A DNA stretch of 63,690 bases, the filler included, from Lenisia limosa (lineage: Eukaryota; Protista; Breviatea): NCBI GenBank assembly GCA_001655205.1. It is 19 parts of 19 records of this genome, joined end to end, with 100 filler letters (N's around TTAATTAATTAA, not from the genome) between each part and the next. Parts side by side here need not be neighbours in the genome. Positions count along the whole stretch, not along the records: positions 60,636 to 62,225 come from LPNZ01001787.1; positions 62,326 to 63,690 come from LPNZ01003207.1; 17 more parts are not named here. The stretch is one strand, 5' to 3'. Both the position numbers and the translations under genes were made by a program. How positions within the stretch are numbered: the first letter of the stretch is position 1; each line of letters starts with the position of its first letter. Of this stretch, positions 60,781 to 63,690 are shown one piece after another. A model generated the notes under the pieces. It was not told the origin of the DNA, ran no database searches, and saw only the letters and a program-made list of their open reading frames with translations.

Positions 60781-62050
60781 GTACGGCCTGAGGTTTTAAT
60801 TGTGGCAGCGCAGACCGAGGGCGTTTCGGAACAAAAGCTTGCCGAAGACTGGAACGCCGGGATTTTTAATGTGGGGGGGGGGGTTATGGATAGGGCTTCA
60901 CTTTGGTTCGGTAAAATATGGATAGTTTTTGAGGATTTATCGAGATATTCAGTCTTTTTTTGAACCGAAGTGAAGTCCTGGTGTTTAAACTGATTTATAA
61001 TATTGAGGGGGGAGGGCAATGTGGGTCCACATATTTATTGTAGAGCAATCAAAAGCAGTAATTACCCCTCCCCCAGTTTGTTTGGAGTTTTACATGAGGC
61101 AATTCGTGATTTATGTCAATATTCTTCATCGAAATTTTCTTTGTTTTACTCCCCTCCTAGCGTCCCACAGCCACCCTACGTATTCTACACCGAATGGACG
61201 TCGGCACTCATTCCGCTGTCCCGGACCCCCAGATTATGTATTACGCACAGGACCCGCAAACTGGCGAAATCAAGGGGCCACACCAGGGTGGGGGGTGCAG
61301 ATTAAGATATCATCAACCGGGATAAGTCTTGACCGATTTACTATGTGATTTCACAAGGAGAATAGGTTAAGACTTATTCTGGTAGTGATAGATTTACAAA
61401 TTTATTTTTTTACAGATTTAGGAAATTTATTTAGAGATGGTTTTTTCAGATAATTATATGATATTTATGGAGGGGGCCTCATTTCGGTTTGATAAGTTAC
61501 TAATTTTCTCGATAAATCCCCGAAAACAATAAAACAAAATAATTCTGGTCTTTTTTCGGAACGAAGAAAGCCCTAATAATATGATATTATTAGGAGGTGC
61601 AGATATTGTCTTGATGATCCAACATAGTTGATTTGGGCTTTTTTTATTCTTTTAATTGTCCAATTTTACCCCCCCCCCCCGATCTTTGACCATCCAGGTA
61701 TTGCCCAGGGCTCTGACGTTTTATCATGGGCTTGCTACAACTCCAAGAATGAGACAAAGGAGGTGGGAGTGATATTTTTGGTGTTTATATTAATTTTTCT
61801 GTTATTGTAATAAAATGAGTGGTGAGTCATGATTCCTTGTTTTTCTTAATATTACGCTGGGGGGCTGCAGAAGCAGCTGGCATGGGCTTTGTTTGTTTTA
61901 TTGTTTTTTGTGTGTTACTAGCCAACAGAGTTTTTTTGGGCTCTTTTTGTTTGTTTCATACATTTCAAATTTTACCCCCTTCAGGCGGCAGTAGTGTGGA
62001 AAAAGGCCGGGGTTACCCGGGTACCGAGTAAAAGCCGACTTCCCACCGCT
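60781..62050 (+). CDS. Hypothetical multi-exon protein
   Basis: VRPEVLIVAAQTEGVSEQKLAEDWNAGIFN, RPTATLRILHRMDVGTHSAVPDPQIMYYAQDPQTGEIKGPHQ, GIAQGSDVLSWACYNSKNETKE and AAVVWKKAGVTRVPSKSRLPTA. Confidence 0.5.
61850..61984 (+). repeat. Family D block at an intron 3' end (plus-strand gene)
   Basis: GCTGCAGAAGCAGCTGGCATGGGCTTTGTTTGTTTTATTG..TAGCCAACAGAGTTT..TTTGTTTCATACATTTCAAATTTTACCCCCTTCAG. Other plus copies at ~46524, 56200-56455, 60455, 61620 and 62185. Confidence 0.8.
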
Positions 62051-62477
62051 GTTGTGAGTGGCGGAATTGATGGAATGAGGGTTTCACTTCTGTTTGAAAA
62101 AAAGACTGAATTCGATTAATCCTCGAAAATTTTACTGGTCTTTTTCGAACGAAGTGAAGCCTTGGGGATATCGTAGTTGTACCCTTTCAGCCAACAAAGT
62201 TGTTTTTGGGCTTTTTATTTTCTCANNNNNNNNNNNNNNNNNNNNNNNNNNNNNNNNNNNNNNNNNNNNTTAATTAATTAANNNNNNNNNNNNNNNNNNN
62301 NNNNNNNNNNNNNNNNNNNNNNNNNAAAAAAAAAAAAAAAAAAAAAGGTAGTATCTGGCCGAAGCCGTTAACACCATCACGCTTATAAGATATATTGGAT
62401 AAAAATAATTCACCCAATCACATAAAAATAATACTAATAATAAGATGAAGAAGAAGAAGAAGAAGAAGAACAATAGG

Positions 62478-63353
62478 AGCAGCAAAAACCAACCCACTTG
62501 GACGAAATGACGTTCTTGAACACAAGGGACCACTCCACTGCCGTATGCCCGGGGTTATTGATCTCTATGATCTTGGAAGATGACTCGAACGTAGACACTA
62601 CTCCAAAGTCCACTCTGGGGTGGGGGTGTTGTATGAGATGGGGAACACCGGAGAGGGGTTACATGTAATATGGTACTAGGGCTCCACCTCAGTTTGAAAA
62701 AGACCAGTAAATTCGATAGTTTTCGAGGATTTGAGAAATCCAGTCGTTTTTTAACCGAAGTGAAGCCCTAATGGTATCCCCCCCCCCCCNNNNNNNNNNN
62801 NNNNNNNNNNNNNNNNNNNNNNNNNNNNNNNNNNNNNNNNNNNNNNNNNNNNNNNNNNNNNNNNNNNNNNNNNNNNNNNNNNNNNNNNNNNNNTACCGCT
62901 TATTCGGCGTCTGGAGACTCTGTTGAGCGACAGCCCTTATGGCCATCTGGAAGCGAGGCACGACTGACACTCCCGCGCTTTCGAGATCAGCTAGGGTCTC
63001 TAGTCCTCCAAATTGTCCGTGGGCTGGAGCGAGTGCGGATTTCTGGAAAATGACAGAGAGAGATAAATAGAAAGAAGTATCCCTTTTTTTGAATATCATT
63101 CTACTCTTGCCCTCAGAAAAAAATGTACTTGCAAACCCACACTTTGGTATAATGATTCACGAAATTTGAAATTAAAGTGTCAACACTACAGTATGTTTCA
63201 CTTCAAATTTAGCAACTAATTCTTCAATTAATTGCACGAAGTTCCTCCCGCCCACCATAGAAGGGGACGTTGTGACATCAGTCTCGTCAAAAGGATCTTC
63301 ATATGACTGGGTCTTTGGGGCAGTCATTGTGTGCGAAAGGTCCGCAGAAGTTC
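62478..63353 (-). CDS. Protein with an ASH/PapD-like Ig domain (Hydin/CFAP-type ciliary protein?), partial
   Basis: Exon VDFGVVSTFESSSKIIEINNPGHTAVEWSLVFK fits the ASH pattern lDFG.V......+.i.N.G...+.w. Two upstream minus exons lie at ~62894-63053 and ~63254-63353. Confidence 0.5.
62677..62770. mobile_element. Family A MITE
   Basis: TAGGGCTCCAC..GTGAAGCCCTA. Further copies or relics near 4879, 5682, 9080, 14245, 21350, 21750, 23060, 29385, 39965, 40833, 43928, 49705, 51316, 52080, 57631, 60891, 61470 and 62078. Confidence 0.85.
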
Positions 63354-63545
63354 CTGTTAAGTTAACTGGAAGACTTGGATTCCAATGATACGTTTCTATG
63401 CTAAATAGAGAAGCAGGTTCACTTCCATGAGAGTCCCATGAAGATTTTCGAATTTCCAACATGAGAGTCCCATGAAAACAATATGAATCCAAATTTTTCG
63501 AAATCTCAAGGCAATGCCCGGAGTACAAACCGGAAAGTTGTCTAC

Positions 63546-63645
63546 TAGGGATTCCCTATGGTCCGATAACTACCCGTAAAATATCGATGTTTATCGAGGT
63601 TTTATCGATAAATTCAGTCATTTTTGGAACCAGAGGAAAGCCCTA
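63546..63645. mobile_element. Family A variant MITE
   Basis: Flanks ttgtctac/ttgtctat. Confidence 0.88.
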
Positions 63646-63690
63646 TTGTCTATGGAAGAATTGGCTTTGAAGCGCCCCCCCCCCCCCCCC

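Noticed and set aside
4708-62325. Recurrent TTAATTAATTAA motif flanked by N runs
   Set aside because: Assembly linker with stops in all six frames, not biology. Neighbouring genes across it may be unlinked.
5087-62533. ORF-track entries containing long X runs, and most other short ORFs
   Set aside because: They span N gaps or read through introns; the real coding sequence is spliced micro-exons.

Overview
Fragmented draft assembly of an intron-rich, flagellated eukaryote, most likely a protist; the organism cannot be named from sequence alone. About 19 pieces are joined by artificial N50-TTAATTAATTAA-N50 linkers, and further N gaps mostly sit next to G/C homopolymers. Gene order across linkers is therefore not meaningful, and the ORF track is largely uninformative because exons are only about 40-170 nt. 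Manual splicing recovers partial genes for IFT122, a PEX6-like AAA ATPase C-terminus, a PWI/Nab2-like domain, arginine deiminase, a MARK/SNF1-type kinase, a Vps39-like protein, a prokaryote-type ABC-class ATPase (PF09818-like), an ATG16/TipD-like WD40 protein, eIF2A, the TOR N-terminus, an ASH-like domain protein and several unknown genes. The most striking signal is in the introns. (D) Unrelated genes share a homologous ~100-150 nt block that is sense-oriented in every copy I could place and runs into the 3' splice site, which is introner-like. (C) A structured ~120 nt repeat with a cUUCGg hairpin is mostly sense-oriented. (A/E) About 30 hAT-type MITEs are present, several with clear 8-bp TSDs. 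(B) There are Tc1-like TA-CAGTG hairpin MITEs. Many introns start GTGGGGG and end CCCCCAG, and some carry decayed copies of neighbouring exons or splice sites. All counts and alignments were made by eye and are approximate.
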